DNA of 64,000 nt from Opitutales bacterium. Lineage in GTDB: Bacteria; Verrucomicrobiota; Verrucomicrobiia; Opitutales; JABSRG01. The stretch covers positions 17,794 through 81,793 of the forward strand of contig JABSRG010000003.1 in NCBI GenBank assembly GCA_013215165.1, in the 5' to 3' direction. Both the position numbers and the translations under genes were made by a program. A model generated the notes under the pieces. It worked only from the letters and a program-made list of their open reading frames with translations, searched no databases and was not told where the DNA came from. Position 1 is the first letter of the stretch. Each line of letters starts with the position of its first letter. This document shows, one piece after another, positions 27,935 through 37,479 of this stretch.

Positions 27935-30900
27935 TCAGCGAGAGCGGCTTGAGGAGCGCATGAGCGCTTCCTGGATACTATTGGCATGGGTGTGAGAATC
28001 CAAGGAGCCGTTCGTTCCAGATGGATGCGTCCACTCCTTGATTTCTGCATTAGACTTCTTGTTTTTGAGCTCAAGGGGTAGGCTAAGGCGAAAAGTCGAT
28101 CCGGTATTCTGGCCATCGCTAAATGCTTCGAGCTTTCCCTGCATTTCCGAAGCCATGTTGATGGCAGTGTGTAGGCCAAATCCATGACCGTCTTCACGTG
28201 TGGTGAAGCCATGGAAAAAGATTTTGCGAATATGTTCTGGGTTGATGCCAATGCCATTGTCCTTAACCTCGATAGCTATCGTTTGGGGATTGAGTAGATA
28301 GCCTCGAATATCGATGCGGCTGGGGATGCTCGAACGTTGGTTGCAGGCCCATTGAGCATTTTGGATGAGGTTTAGAACGATCTGTTGAACTTTAGGCCGC
28401 TCAGCTTGGATATCAGGACAGTCACGGGTATTGAGCGTCACCTCGATATGATCGTCCTTAAGATCGTGTTCGTTGAGCTTGAGCATTTGGTCTACCGCTT
28501 CCCCTAAATCGAAACTCTCTATGACTCCCGCCACTTTAGCATAATCCTGCTGCGCAGAGACAATTTCTTTTAGATGATCCACTTTCTTGGTCATCTCGAT
28601 GATGAATGCGTTCGATTCATCCGTATGAGACTGGGCGTTTTGAGATAGGCGTTTTAGGTATTCAGGGATCTTTTTGCCCTTGGGGTTGGCGGTCAGGAAA
28701 GCAGGTTCATCGGTGTGATCTTCTATGAGTTTCGATAGCTTTTCGAGGCCACGAGCTTGATCTTCGCGCCCAGTGCGGGTTTTGATCATCTCGAGGCTCA
28801 CATTGAGGCTGTTTAAAACATTGCCGACGTTATGAAGGATGCCCGTAGCGATTTCTGCCATGCCTGCTTGCCTGGATGATGTCATCAGCGCAGTGTGCGA
28901 TTCTTTCAGGCGATCTTCAGCCTGCTTACGTTCGTCTACCTGTTTCTTCAGGCTCTCGTTAGCAAAGACGAGCTCTTGTGTTCGGAGTTTGACGCGTTTT
29001 TCCAGATCTTCGTTGATATCGATGAGATCGATTTGCGCTTGTTGTCGGGCATCGACCTCCATTTTTAGAATTTTATTGGCATGGTGAGCGGCCCAGGCGC
29101 GCTGCATCAGGAGGACCATCAAGACCAAGAAGAGAGCTCCGATACCGTAGACAGTCGGTGTGAACCATCGGGAATCTTGCAGCGGATTCGGGGAGATTTC
29201 GAATGGATGACGTATCTCGATCGGATTCGCAATGAAGTCTTGGTTCCTCGTCCGTATCTGGATCTCGTAATCCCCCTTATCTAGGGGACCGAGTTCGACG
29301 CGGCCGTCGCCCATAGATTGATAGGGGCTCCAAGTTCCGCCGTCGAGGCGCCAAGAAAATTGAATGGAGACCTCTTGCTGAGTCCGGAGGTTCTCTCGGT
29401 TAGCCTGGATTTGGGCGATAACGTTACGTTTTTCTCCTACCAGTTCGGTCAAGATGTTCACCTCAGCTTTAGGAATGAAGTCTTGGGCTGTGTAGGCGAC
29501 AGCTGATGCTTTGAGTGAGGACTTAATATATGCATTGAAGAATAGTTCGTTACCACTACCGGGTTGAATAGAATCTCGGACGATTCTCAAGGGGTGCATG
29601 TCAATAGGATTGATTATGGCTCCGTCTTCCAGGAAAGAGCGACCGATCCATTCTCGATTGCGCGAGAGCCAAACGAGTCTGCCCTGGTTATCAACCGCTT
29701 TTGGCATCCAGTTTTCGTGATCAATATCAATGAGTTGTTCACCCTCCGCATTACTGATCCAAAGCCGAAATTCACCTCCGTTATCTTGGATGGGAATCAG
29801 CACTTGGGCGTCGTTTGCAAACAAGGGGCTGCTGGTGATTCTGAGTTCATCGGAGAAAAAAGGGTCATGTATGTGCCGAAGATTCTTATCGAAAACAAAA
29901 AAGCTGTCTCCAGTCCACAGGTGAGCTTGGTTTTGATTGATGGAGAATCGTACCTGATTCTCCGGGCTGAACACGCTCGTTTCTGCGATTTTTTGCTGAA
30001 ATGCCTCTTTGAGTATGGGGTCCCACCGCAGGACGTGGATGGCTGAATCGAAAAGGGAAATGATCCAGTAGTAGTCCTCTGCGTAAGCGACGAAGAGGAG
30101 GTCGTGCTTTCGGTGTAAGGGTATGTGGACAGCGTCTTTGGATCGGGCGATATTGCGCACTTGCACACGTTCATCTGACCGTTGATAGGCGACTGGAGAG
30201 CCACCATCATAGACTCTCCAGGTTTCGTCTATCCCGTGCACCTCAGGGCGTATCGTTTTTTCAGAATGTGAGAGGGGAATAAGGCGCTGATCTGTGTCGA
30301 TCGCCCAGGGTTTACTATACTTTGTAGAGATGAGAGCTCCTTTGATAATGCGTCCCTGACTGGACCTTAGGTGATCTTCATAGTCCAACCAAGCCTCTCC
30401 TGTTTTGTCGATAGCCACAAGATGGCTGTCGCCTATCAGGCTTGTGTTGAGTTGCCCCTCTGCGAGAACCGAGGATAAGGTGATCCTTCCGTATATCCAG
30501 TAAGCACCCTGGCTATCTTGCGACACCCCACTGAGACCCCTCGCCCTACTCGGCATATAGGGGCTAACCGGGTAAATACGTCTATCGCGCACTCTGTATA
30601 CTCGATGCCCATTTTGATCTAAACCTGAAAGAATTAGGTCGCCATTTATACCCCTTCCGATTGCGGCTATTTTCAAAGTGGATAGGTCGACTTTTTGCAG
30701 GTCTTTCTGTCGCCTATGGCCTATATGCGTATGGAGTTCTACCGTGCCGATAGGACCTATGCTCAAAACGCAGTCTCCCATGTCACGGGAGCGTAGAAAG
30801 CTAACAGTGTGATTGTCTGGCGCTTCGAAGACTTTTTCTGGATATACCTCATCGTCCCGGCTCTGGGTTCTGTAGACTGAATTGTTGTCAGCGACCAAAA

Positions 30901-31510
30901 ATCCAACGCCTCGATCAGTTTCGACTGCACGTGGACGAAAGTTAGGGTGCGGGAGACGTATCTCATTCACTCCGTGACCTCGGATTTGATAGAGGGCAAA
31001 CTTGTCCGGATCATTTTCGGTGACGATGAATACTTGATTCTGGTAAGCCTTAATGACGTCTACGACTTCTCCCTTTAGACCCTGTTGTTCAAGCCCCGCA
31101 GGCGGTTCGAATTGATCTCCATTGAGGGCAAGGATTTTTCCATTCGAGACCACCCAAGGAGTCCCATCTTCAAGAACAACGAGCCGGTCTAGTGTATTCA
31201 GTTTGAGGCCATGATCCTCATCAAAAACCCGGATTCTGGCAGAAGTAATCTGGGCTACTTCATCGTCCGCCAAGCGGACCCAGATTGATCCATCGAGGCC
31301 GTAGTCCAGGTCGAGGTATGTGCCACTTTTTAGCTGTTCACTACGCGTGAGGTCAGCGATTCTATTGTTATCGAAAAAATAGCTGATTTCGGAGGGATCG
31401 GCCTCTGAAGGTGACTCCGCCATCGCGGGAAGCAGACCGATGAGGCCAGCCAGAGTTGCGATCGTTTGAAGCAGATGCTGGCGTGTAAATATACTGACTG
31501 GAGGAGTCAC
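27935..31510 (-). CDS. sensor histidine kinase with a large periplasmic beta-propeller / Y_Y_Y sensor region
   Basis: 1191 aa with a signal/anchor sequence and a long repeat-rich extracytoplasmic region. That region ends in a Y_Y_Y-like segment (FSWRLDGGTWSPYQ ... GDYEIQIRTRN). Then one TM helix, a coiled coil, H-box ATGILHNVGNVLNS, and HATPase motifs (DNGIGI, GHGFGLH). No response regulator is adjacent. Confidence 0.85.
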   Translation of the reverse strand: MTPPVSIFTRQHLLQTIATLAGLIGLLPAMAESPSEADPSEISYFFDNNRIADLTRSEQLKSGTYLDLDYGLDGSIWVRLADDEVAQITSARIRVFDEDHGLKLNTLDRLVVLEDGTPWVVSNGKILALNGDQFEPPAGLEQQGLKGEVVDVIKAYQNQVFIVTENDPDKFALYQIRGHGVNEIRLPHPNFRPRAVETDRGVGFLVADNNSVYRTQSRDDEVYPEKVFEAPDNHTVSFLRSRDMGDCVLSIGPIGTVELHTHIGHRRQKDLQKVDLSTLKIAAIGRGINGDLILSGLDQNGHRVYRVRDRRIYPVSPYMPSRARGLSGVSQDSQGAYWIYGRITLSSVLAEGQLNTSLIGDSHLVAIDKTGEAWLDYEDHLRSSQGRIIKGALISTKYSKPWAIDTDQRLIPLSHSEKTIRPEVHGIDETWRVYDGGSPVAYQRSDERVQVRNIARSKDAVHIPLHRKHDLLFVAYAEDYYWIISLFDSAIHVLRWDPILKEAFQQKIAETSVFSPENQVRFSINQNQAHLWTGDSFFVFDKNLRHIHDPFFSDELRITSSPLFANDAQVLIPIQDNGGEFRLWISNAEGEQLIDIDHENWMPKAVDNQGRLVWLSRNREWIGRSFLEDGAIINPIDMHPLRIVRDSIQPGSGNELFFNAYIKSSLKASAVAYTAQDFIPKAEVNILTELVGEKRNVIAQIQANRENLRTQQEVSIQFSWRLDGGTWSPYQSMGDGRVELGPLDKGDYEIQIRTRNQDFIANPIEIRHPFEISPNPLQDSRWFTPTVYGIGALFLVLMVLLMQRAWAAHHANKILKMEVDARQQAQIDLIDINEDLEKRVKLRTQELVFANESLKKQVDERKQAEDRLKESHTALMTSSRQAGMAEIATGILHNVGNVLNSLNVSLEMIKTRTGREDQARGLEKLSKLIEDHTDEPAFLTANPKGKKIPEYLKRLSQNAQSHTDESNAFIIEMTKKVDHLKEIVSAQQDYAKVAGVIESFDLGEAVDQMLKLNEHDLKDDHIEVTLNTRDCPDIQAERPKVQQIVLNLIQNAQWACNQRSSIPSRIDIRGYLLNPQTIAIEVKDNGIGINPEHIRKIFFHGFTTREDGHGFGLHTAINMASEMQGKLEAFSDGQNTGSTFRLSLPLELKNKKSNAEIKEWTHPSGTNGSLDSHTHANSIQEALMRSSSRSR

Positions 31511-31615
31511 AGACTGACTACTTTAGAATGAGTTCGACAAAACATTCTCAGTAGTCGGTTGGCCCCTTGGTAAATTGAATTAAAGGCTTTAGGATCCCGT
31601 TTCTAGGAAACAGCG

Positions 31616-32827
31616 CTAGCCGATACCATTTAACGTTTTCAGTTGATCATTATCATAGATCTTGCGGCGCCAGCGCTTGTTCTTGGATGACATGTCGATC
31701 TGATACAGGCTTTTGGATGCATCGATAGCACAGGTGCCGAGAATTTCGCACAGCTTCAGTGCGAGCCATTTCTCGATTTTTAGCACCACGAGTTTCTTTC
31801 TCAAGCGGCCTTGGACGTCACGATTTAAAATGGTCGGTATCGAGTTGAGTGTCAGGATCTCGTCGACCGCAGTGTGGGCCAATTTCACGCGGCCTTCCTC
31901 ACTGGCATAAAAATGAGTGAGTGCGAACACGGTTTTACCAGGACTCACTTGTTTGAGAAATTGGCAGGCTTTGACGACGGTCGAGCCGGTGCGTACCATA
32001 TCGTCAAAGAGGACGATATCGTGCCCCTCGATGCTTTCGAAATCCGCCTCGCTCTCGGGATGGATTTTGATGTCTACCTTGCGCTCTCCTGATCGTTCTT
32101 TGTCGAGCATAATAAACTTGGCCCGAGGAAGGTTGAGGCGTCGGTAGACTTCCTTCACAAAGTCACGCGCGCCCTTATCCGGGGCACAAAGGACTAGGCC
32201 TTCTCCCTCATTGCCGTATTGAAGGATATCCGAATTTTTTAGGTAGTCGACATAGATATCGTAGGGGATGAGGTTGTGGAAACGTCCCTCAAAAACCTGA
32301 GAAAACATGATCTGTACTGACTGAGAGTGGTTATGCACAGTGACGACACGGTCGACCCCAGCCAGTTTTAGCATCTCGGCGTAGAGTTTTGCTGTGAAGG
32401 GCTGACCGTCAAATTTCTTCAAGTCCTCGACCTCGCGCTCTAAAGAAGGGTCTCCGAGATAGGGGCGCGGTCCGCGATCCTGGGCGCTGTAATAGAGATC
32501 TGGCTCAACCAGTGTGACCTCGGCGGCGCCATTTTCCTTGGCGGCCCGGGCAATCATGAGCGTCCGCATGGTCATGCTTTGGCGGCTCATTACCAGGTTA
32601 CTCGCGCTCACGATAATGACGCTCTTCCCCTCAAGCTTATTACCTATGTGCTCAAAGTCGTGCTCGTCTGAGATGAAACGGGGGCAGAACTCAGTATTGG
32701 CAAACATCTTCATGCTGATGATGTCTGCGACGTCCTCTTGTTGCCCCATTGCGAAGGCGACATCGATGGCAAATGGGTCATCCGAGAGGTTGCCCACGAC
32801 AATGTATTTGGGATCAATTTGGCTCAC
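31616..32827 (-). CDS. ribose-phosphate pyrophosphokinase-like phosphoribosyltransferase (long variant)
   Basis: N-terminal Prs-like domain and the PRPP-binding loop IVLFDDMVRTGSTV. At 403 aa it is about 90 aa longer than canonical Prs. GTG start. Confidence 0.65.
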   Translation of the reverse strand: MSQIDPKYIVVGNLSDDPFAIDVAFAMGQQEDVADIISMKMFANTEFCPRFISDEHDFEHIGNKLEGKSVIIVSASNLVMSRQSMTMRTLMIARAAKENGAAEVTLVEPDLYYSAQDRGPRPYLGDPSLEREVEDLKKFDGQPFTAKLYAEMLKLAGVDRVVTVHNHSQSVQIMFSQVFEGRFHNLIPYDIYVDYLKNSDILQYGNEGEGLVLCAPDKGARDFVKEVYRRLNLPRAKFIMLDKERSGERKVDIKIHPESEADFESIEGHDIVLFDDMVRTGSTVVKACQFLKQVSPGKTVFALTHFYASEEGRVKLAHTAVDEILTLNSIPTILNRDVQGRLRKKLVVLKIEKWLALKLCEILGTCAIDASKSLYQIDMSSKNKRWRRKIYDNDQLKTLNGIG

Positions 32828-32911
32828 AGCTTCTTACTTAGGGTAGAAGAGTAGTCGGCGAAACGTTGCGAAGAGGCAATACCTGAAGGGCAAAGTGTGC
32901 GTGACAGGCCC

Positions 32912-32941
32912 AAAAAAAGCGACCGGTAGAAACGGGTCGCT
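32912..32941 (-). terminator. rho-independent terminator after the thioredoxin-like gene
   Basis: On the minus strand: stem AGCGACC / GGTCGCT with a 9-10 nt loop, followed by TTTTTTT. Confidence 0.6.
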
Positions 32942-32966
32942 TTAAATCTTTGCGGGATAGAATCCC

Positions 32967-33497
32967 TTATTTCTGTGCTAGAGCTTCAGTGCGCCAAGTC
33001 TGCCAAGCCACGTCGGGGTCTTGGTAAATCTCCTGAACGCCCTGAGCAGTGATGATCTTGGCGTCTTTGTTTAGGATAAATAACGCGGGGATCCCGCTCA
33101 CCTGAAGACCGCCTGAGAGCCGGTTGCTGTCTTCACCGTTTAGCTCAATGGTGAGCCAGCTCATGCCATCTTCTTTGAAATATTTGTCTTTCTGTTTTTG
33201 ATCGCGGTCGGCGCTGATGAAGACGATCTCCATCTCGTCTTTGTGCTCCTCATAGAATTTCACCAGCTTGGGGGTGAACATACGGCATGGGGGACACCAG
33301 TGAGCTGAAAAGTAGAAACCGACGACCTTGTTTTCCAGACGAGCCATATCAACTGGCTCACCTTTTATGTTGGTTACCCCGTTAGGGAACCAGAAATTCC
33401 AGTCAATTTCTGGAGTCTCCTGTTGAGCATTACTGGACGGAAGCCAGGCTAGGAGGCAGATGGCCAGGATCGTTTTAATGATTTGAGCGTGTTTCAT
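32967..33497 (-). CDS. periplasmic thioredoxin-fold thiol:disulfide oxidoreductase (TlpA/nucleoredoxin-like)
   Basis: Signal peptide and the active site WCPPCR. Confidence 0.8.
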   Translation of the reverse strand: MKHAQIIKTILAICLLAWLPSSNAQQETPEIDWNFWFPNGVTNIKGEPVDMARLENKVVGFYFSAHWCPPCRMFTPKLVKFYEEHKDEMEIVFISADRDQKQKDKYFKEDGMSWLTIELNGEDSNRLSGGLQVSGIPALFILNKDAKIITAQGVQEIYQDPDVAWQTWRTEALAQK

Positions 33498-33539
33498 GTA
33501 GGTTGGGAGAAAGGTTTCGGTTTCGTATTCCGAAAAGGC

Positions 33540-34916
33540 TTAAGTCTTTTGAATTTCTATAGTTTCGCCGGGAGCTGGATCGATAATGGTTGAGTCGACC
33601 AAATGCTGTTTAAAGTGAGCCGAAAACCAATCCCGCGCACCCGCCTCACCATGGGTGAGGATAACTGTGCTCGGTGCAACCTCAGTGACGTAATTTGCGA
33701 TCTCTAAACGTTCAGCGTGCCCACTAAGGTCAAACTTTTGAATTTCAGCCCGAATGGGGCACTCGTATTCAAGGGGTTCGAAGAAGAAAGGTTTTTCTGG
33801 CTCCTCAGCATGCTGTCGCTGTAGTTGCCCACCGGCGGTATCTGGATCGCAGTAACCGATGAAGAAAATACTGTTTTGTGGTTTGTCCAAGATTCCAGAT
33901 GCGGCCCGCCATGAAGGTGTATTCTCGACTAACATGCCGCTACTTAGAAGCAGGAGCGACGGTTGACCAGGTTGTTTGCCACGGCACCATTTCCAATCAG
34001 GAGTTCGGACTTTGAGGCGCTTTAGTACCTTTCGGGAAAAGACTAGGTTGCCTATACGTTTTGAAATCTGGTCGAAATAATTGACCAAATCCATCCCTAG
34101 GCCTGTGGCATAGATTGGGATGTCTGTCAGCCATGGTTCGTCTTTTCGAGCGTCCAGCTGAGTCATCACTTCTTGCATTCTTCCCAATGCGAACGTCGGT
34201 ATGAGCACGGTCCCTCCGCGCTCAAAAGTCTTACGCGTTTCAGCAAATAAGCGCTCCCATTCCTCGGTGCGATCTGCGCTGGCGGTTGCTTCGTTCATGC
34301 CCCGCGTGGTCTCGGTGATGATGACGTCTACCGGGTCTACTGGAAATTCTGCTCCACCCAGAATTAAGAGATCGCGGAACAAACAATCGCCCGTGGTGAA
34401 AACAGATTCGCCGTTGCAAGTGATACGCATACCTGCCGCTCCCGCGACGTGTCCTGCGGGGTAAAGTGTTATTTCGAGATCTGTTCCTCGATCATCGAAG
34501 ATATAGGTGCGGTGAAAGGCCAAGGGCTCCATCCTATCTTCGAGGGCTTCGACTTCGGGGAAGCTATAGAAAGGATATTCTGGAATATCCTGCTCCTCTT
34601 TTTGTCGCTTCATCACATTGATTGAATTTCGAAGCATGCGCGGGCCCAGGAGGCAATTTGCGCGGCTAGACAGGATACGTGCTCGCGGAAAGTGACGCGC
34701 CGCCACTGGGATAGAACCGACATGATCGAGGTGGCAGTGGGTCAGGAGGATGAAATCGACGTCCCGATCTCGAATTTTTTCCAAGTCAGGTAGCGCGGCG
34801 TTTCCGGAAAACTTTGGATGGATTCCTGAGTCGATGAGGAGGGTGTAGGGACCGATCTCGATAAGCGATGCATTTGCACCGATACCTCCTTGCCCATTCA
34901 AATCCGTAAACCGCAT
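33540..34916 (-). CDS. MBL-fold metallo-hydrolase of the beta-CASP type
   Basis: Motif THCHLDHVG, plus downstream beta-CASP-like segments. The ORF track starts at TTG 34949; ATG 34916 (MRFTDLNGQGG) is preferred. Confidence 0.8.
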   Translation of the reverse strand: MRFTDLNGQGGIGANASLIEIGPYTLLIDSGIHPKFSGNAALPDLEKIRDRDVDFILLTHCHLDHVGSIPVAARHFPRARILSSRANCLLGPRMLRNSINVMKRQKEEQDIPEYPFYSFPEVEALEDRMEPLAFHRTYIFDDRGTDLEITLYPAGHVAGAAGMRITCNGESVFTTGDCLFRDLLILGGAEFPVDPVDVIITETTRGMNEATASADRTEEWERLFAETRKTFERGGTVLIPTFALGRMQEVMTQLDARKDEPWLTDIPIYATGLGMDLVNYFDQISKRIGNLVFSRKVLKRLKVRTPDWKWCRGKQPGQPSLLLLSSGMLVENTPSWRAASGILDKPQNSIFFIGYCDPDTAGGQLQRQHAEEPEKPFFFEPLEYECPIRAEIQKFDLSGHAERLEIANYVTEVAPSTVILTHGEAGARDWFSAHFKQHLVDSTIIDPAPGETIEIQKT

Positions 34917-35032
34917 AAAAAGCTCGAAGCTGACTTGCCGATGAGCCAAGTCAAGCGAGAGGCACAGCTGGCTAAATGCCAGGGTCTAACCAGATTTCTA
35001 GAAAACTGATTGGGGGCTCAGATTAGAAGCTT

Positions 35033-35143
35033 AGAGTGATGGTGACAGCCATTGCTTGATTTGAGCTTTGATCCGCACGAGGGCAATCGCTCTCGCGATC
35101 ACCCTACAAAACGTCAATGTGCCCCACAATTCAGGTCACGCCC
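35033..35143 (-). repeat. family-2 interspersed repeat, full copy (inverted orientation)
   Basis: The reverse complement aligns over about 111 nt with 49685-49795 at high identity. One end overlaps the apaG stop codon by 1 nt. Confidence 0.7.
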
Positions 35144-35577
35144 TAGATGCCTAATTCCATCTGCCGATCTGGCTCGGGCACTTCCATCCAAAAGGGAGGG
35201 ATACGCGCGAAGATGGGCTGGAGCTCGATACTGAGCCCTAGGTAAGATCCGCTGACGTAGGTGGAGCGTTCTGCGAAATGGTAACTATTATAGCTGTAAG
35301 TCCCTCCCTGGGGAATCGTGGGATTTTCGCCCATAATAGTGGGACAATCGAGGATCTCACGCGTCCCATCGTGGTAGCCCAAAATCCAGCGCCGCCGATC
35401 TAGCGTGACTGTTTGGTTGGACAAATTTTTGATGCTGATGAAATAGATAAATGCGTGCGGACGCTCCGGCTCTGGAGAGATGTCTGGGTCGTAATGGTAG
35501 ACAACAGAGTCTACGGAGACCTTCAGGCCTTCGAGTTCAATGGGTCGTTCTGATAGGGCATTCATCAGCGTAGACAC
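35143..35577 (-). CDS. apaG: ApaG-domain protein (DUF525)
   Basis: Pattern FIYFISIKNLSNQTVTLDRRRWIL ... GENPTIPQGGTYSYNSY fits the ApaG fold signature. Confidence 0.8.
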   Translation of the reverse strand: MSTLMNALSERPIELEGLKVSVDSVVYHYDPDISPEPERPHAFIYFISIKNLSNQTVTLDRRRWILGYHDGTREILDCPTIMGENPTIPQGGTYSYNSYHFAERSTYVSGSYLGLSIELQPIFARIPPFWMEVPEPDRQMELGI

Positions 35578-35629
35578 TTCTACCAGAACGAGTTAGCTCA
35601 GTTTTACCAGAAAAAAGAGAGCATTTTGG

Positions 35630-36172
35630 TTATAACGACGAGCCCACGGCGAGTTCGATCTGAAATCTGGCAGCGATATATCCTCCTAAATCGATACTTT
35701 TCACCTGAGTAAAACCAAAGTCACGATAGAACGCCGTCAGTCGCGGTCGGCTCGCGTCGCAATCTAGCCTGAGATACTTTTTTCCGCACCCAAGCGCGAT
35801 TTTTTGAGCACATTTCAAGAGATCATAAGATACGCCAGTTTTGGCGAACTTTCTCCTTACCGCGAGTTTGTGTAGAAACAACGCGTCACCGTCTTTGAAT
35901 CCCGGCCAGAACAATTCATCGATGCTTTCTAGACTGAACACCCCCGCTGGATCCTTGCAGCGGAAACCGATATGATAGATTCCCGATCTTACTTTTTGCC
36001 GTAAACGAGTCGGCGTAAGATCTTCCTCTTTCCAGCGGGGTGCCCCGCTTTCTCTTTGCCATTGAGCCGCTTCTGTTAGGATAGACGAAACGACATCGAG
36101 ATTCTCCTCACGAGCTATTTGGCATTCGAAATTCATGCCCTTAGAGGTCGGCGTTTCCGCTACAAACGACAA
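35630..36172 (-). CDS. GNAT-family N-acetyltransferase
   Basis: LHKLAVRRKFAKTGVSYDLL and FYRDFGF resemble GNAT motifs A and B. Overlaps the hisG stop by 13 nt. Confidence 0.7.
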   Translation of the reverse strand: MSFVAETPTSKGMNFECQIAREENLDVVSSILTEAAQWQRESGAPRWKEEDLTPTRLRQKVRSGIYHIGFRCKDPAGVFSLESIDELFWPGFKDGDALFLHKLAVRRKFAKTGVSYDLLKCAQKIALGCGKKYLRLDCDASRPRLTAFYRDFGFTQVKSIDLGGYIAARFQIELAVGSSL

Positions 36173-37014
36173 TTACTGATCTGAGTCTCTAGAATCGCCT
36201 TAGCGTCGATCGCTTCAAGCTCGTCCATCACAGAGTTGAGTTCTTTGCGTTTTACCATCACGCGGATGGCAGCCCAGTCATCGCGTTCGAGGCGATTTAC
36301 GGTGGGCGAATTGAAGCCTGGAGTGATCTCGAAGGCTTTCTCGAGATTCTCTCGAGGCACATTATATTCAAGGAGAGACCAGCTGCGTGCGATTACCACG
36401 CCTTCGAGCCGACGTGTGATGCGGTCTGCCATCTCTGGGAGGCGAACGTTGCTGTTTTGAACCAGCATGGTCTCGTAAGAGCCAATGTCCTCCAAGACAC
36501 GTAACTTATTGGCGACGAGGGTACTGCCGGTTTCAACTAGGTCCACGATGGCATCGGCTACACCGAGGGAAATCATGATTTCTACCGATCCCGACAAAGG
36601 TACCAGATGCACTTCAGACCCGAGGCCATTGAAGTAGTTTTGGGTAACGTTTGTGAAGCTCGTGGCGATCCGTGCGTTGCCGAGGTCTTTAGCCGATTGC
36701 GCAGGCGAATCGTGCGGTACACAGACACTCAGGCGACATTTACCCATACCCAGAGCCAGGCGCGTCGTCAGGTCTACCCCGGCTTCCTCAATGCAGTCGC
36801 CACCGGTGATCCCCATATCCAGCGCACTCTCCGCACAGAGAACTGGGATATCATCCGTGCGCAGGAAAATGATCTCAATAGGCAGGCCGCTTACCTTAGC
36901 AAATAAGCTGCGGTCCTGGCGGCGGAATTTTAGGCCGGCTTGTTTGAGCAGCCCTGAGGCGTCTTCGGCGAGGCGCCCTTTGGTGGGGAGTCCAATGCGG
37001 AGATGGGTGTCCAT
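36160..37014 (-). CDS. hisG: ATP phosphoribosyltransferase (long form)
   Basis: LRIGLPTKGRL, the DLVETGSTL motif, and a C-terminal regulatory domain. The ORF-track start at 37077 would overlap hisE; ATG 37014 (MDTHLRIGLP) is preferred. Confidence 0.9.
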   Translation of the reverse strand: MDTHLRIGLPTKGRLAEDASGLLKQAGLKFRRQDRSLFAKVSGLPIEIIFLRTDDIPVLCAESALDMGITGGDCIEEAGVDLTTRLALGMGKCRLSVCVPHDSPAQSAKDLGNARIATSFTNVTQNYFNGLGSEVHLVPLSGSVEIMISLGVADAIVDLVETGSTLVANKLRVLEDIGSYETMLVQNSNVRLPEMADRITRRLEGVVIARSWSLLEYNVPRENLEKAFEITPGFNSPTVNRLERDDWAAIRVMVKRKELNSVMDELEAIDAKAILETQISNCRL

Positions 37015-37018
37015 AAAA

Positions 37019-37360
37019 TTATTTCTGACTTCTTGATGCTTTCTCTTCCAGACCCGAAATGCCAAAGCGTCCTGCAAGCTTCGCTTCGACAGCGCTCAGC
37101 GGCACTTCTGTGTGGGCCAATAATACAAAGAGGTGATAGATGACATCCGCGGCTTCATGCGCCACATGATCAGCACGCGTTTCAACAGCTTCAGCTGCCG
37201 CTTCGACCACCTCTCCGGCTTCTTCCGTTATTTTTGCACCGATTTCATCCAGCCCTTTCCTGAGTAAGCTTGTAGTATAGGATTTTTCGGTTGGATGGGC
37301 CTTGCGGTCGTCAATGACACCCATCAAAGCCTGGAAAATGTTATCTGCGGACGATACCAT
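37019..37360 (-). CDS. hisE: phosphoribosyl-ATP pyrophosphatase
   Basis: 113 aa. SYTTSLLRKGLDEIGAKITEEAGEVVEAA ... EAADVIYHLFVLL is the HisE/MazG-like signature. Confidence 0.85.
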   Translation of the reverse strand: MVSSADNIFQALMGVIDDRKAHPTEKSYTTSLLRKGLDEIGAKITEEAGEVVEAAAEAVETRADHVAHEAADVIYHLFVLLAHTEVPLSAVEAKLAGRFGISGLEEKASRSQK

Positions 37361-37479
37361 GTCATCAGTGTACCACAGCCCAAGTTAGGGTAAGTCAAGA
37401 TTGTGGCGGGAAATTTAACATAGCGTTCGATTTGGTAGGTTCATTGACCCGAGTCCAAAACCTGCTTTGTTGCGCCTGT

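Noticed and set aside
35052-35234. Near-identical small ORFs beginning MLDLSFDPH(E/G)GNRSRDHPTK at 35052-35234 and 49551-49766, which look like a conserved small protein family.
   Set aside because: They lie entirely within copies of the family-2 repeat. The third copy does not keep the frame. The similarity is explained by DNA repetition, not by protein conservation.
37019-37077. A 59-nt overlap between hisE and hisG in the ORF track.
   Set aside because: It is an artefact of the longest-ORF start. The conserved HisG N-terminus begins at ATG 37014 (MDTHLRIGLPTKGRL), which leaves a 4-nt gap after the hisE stop.
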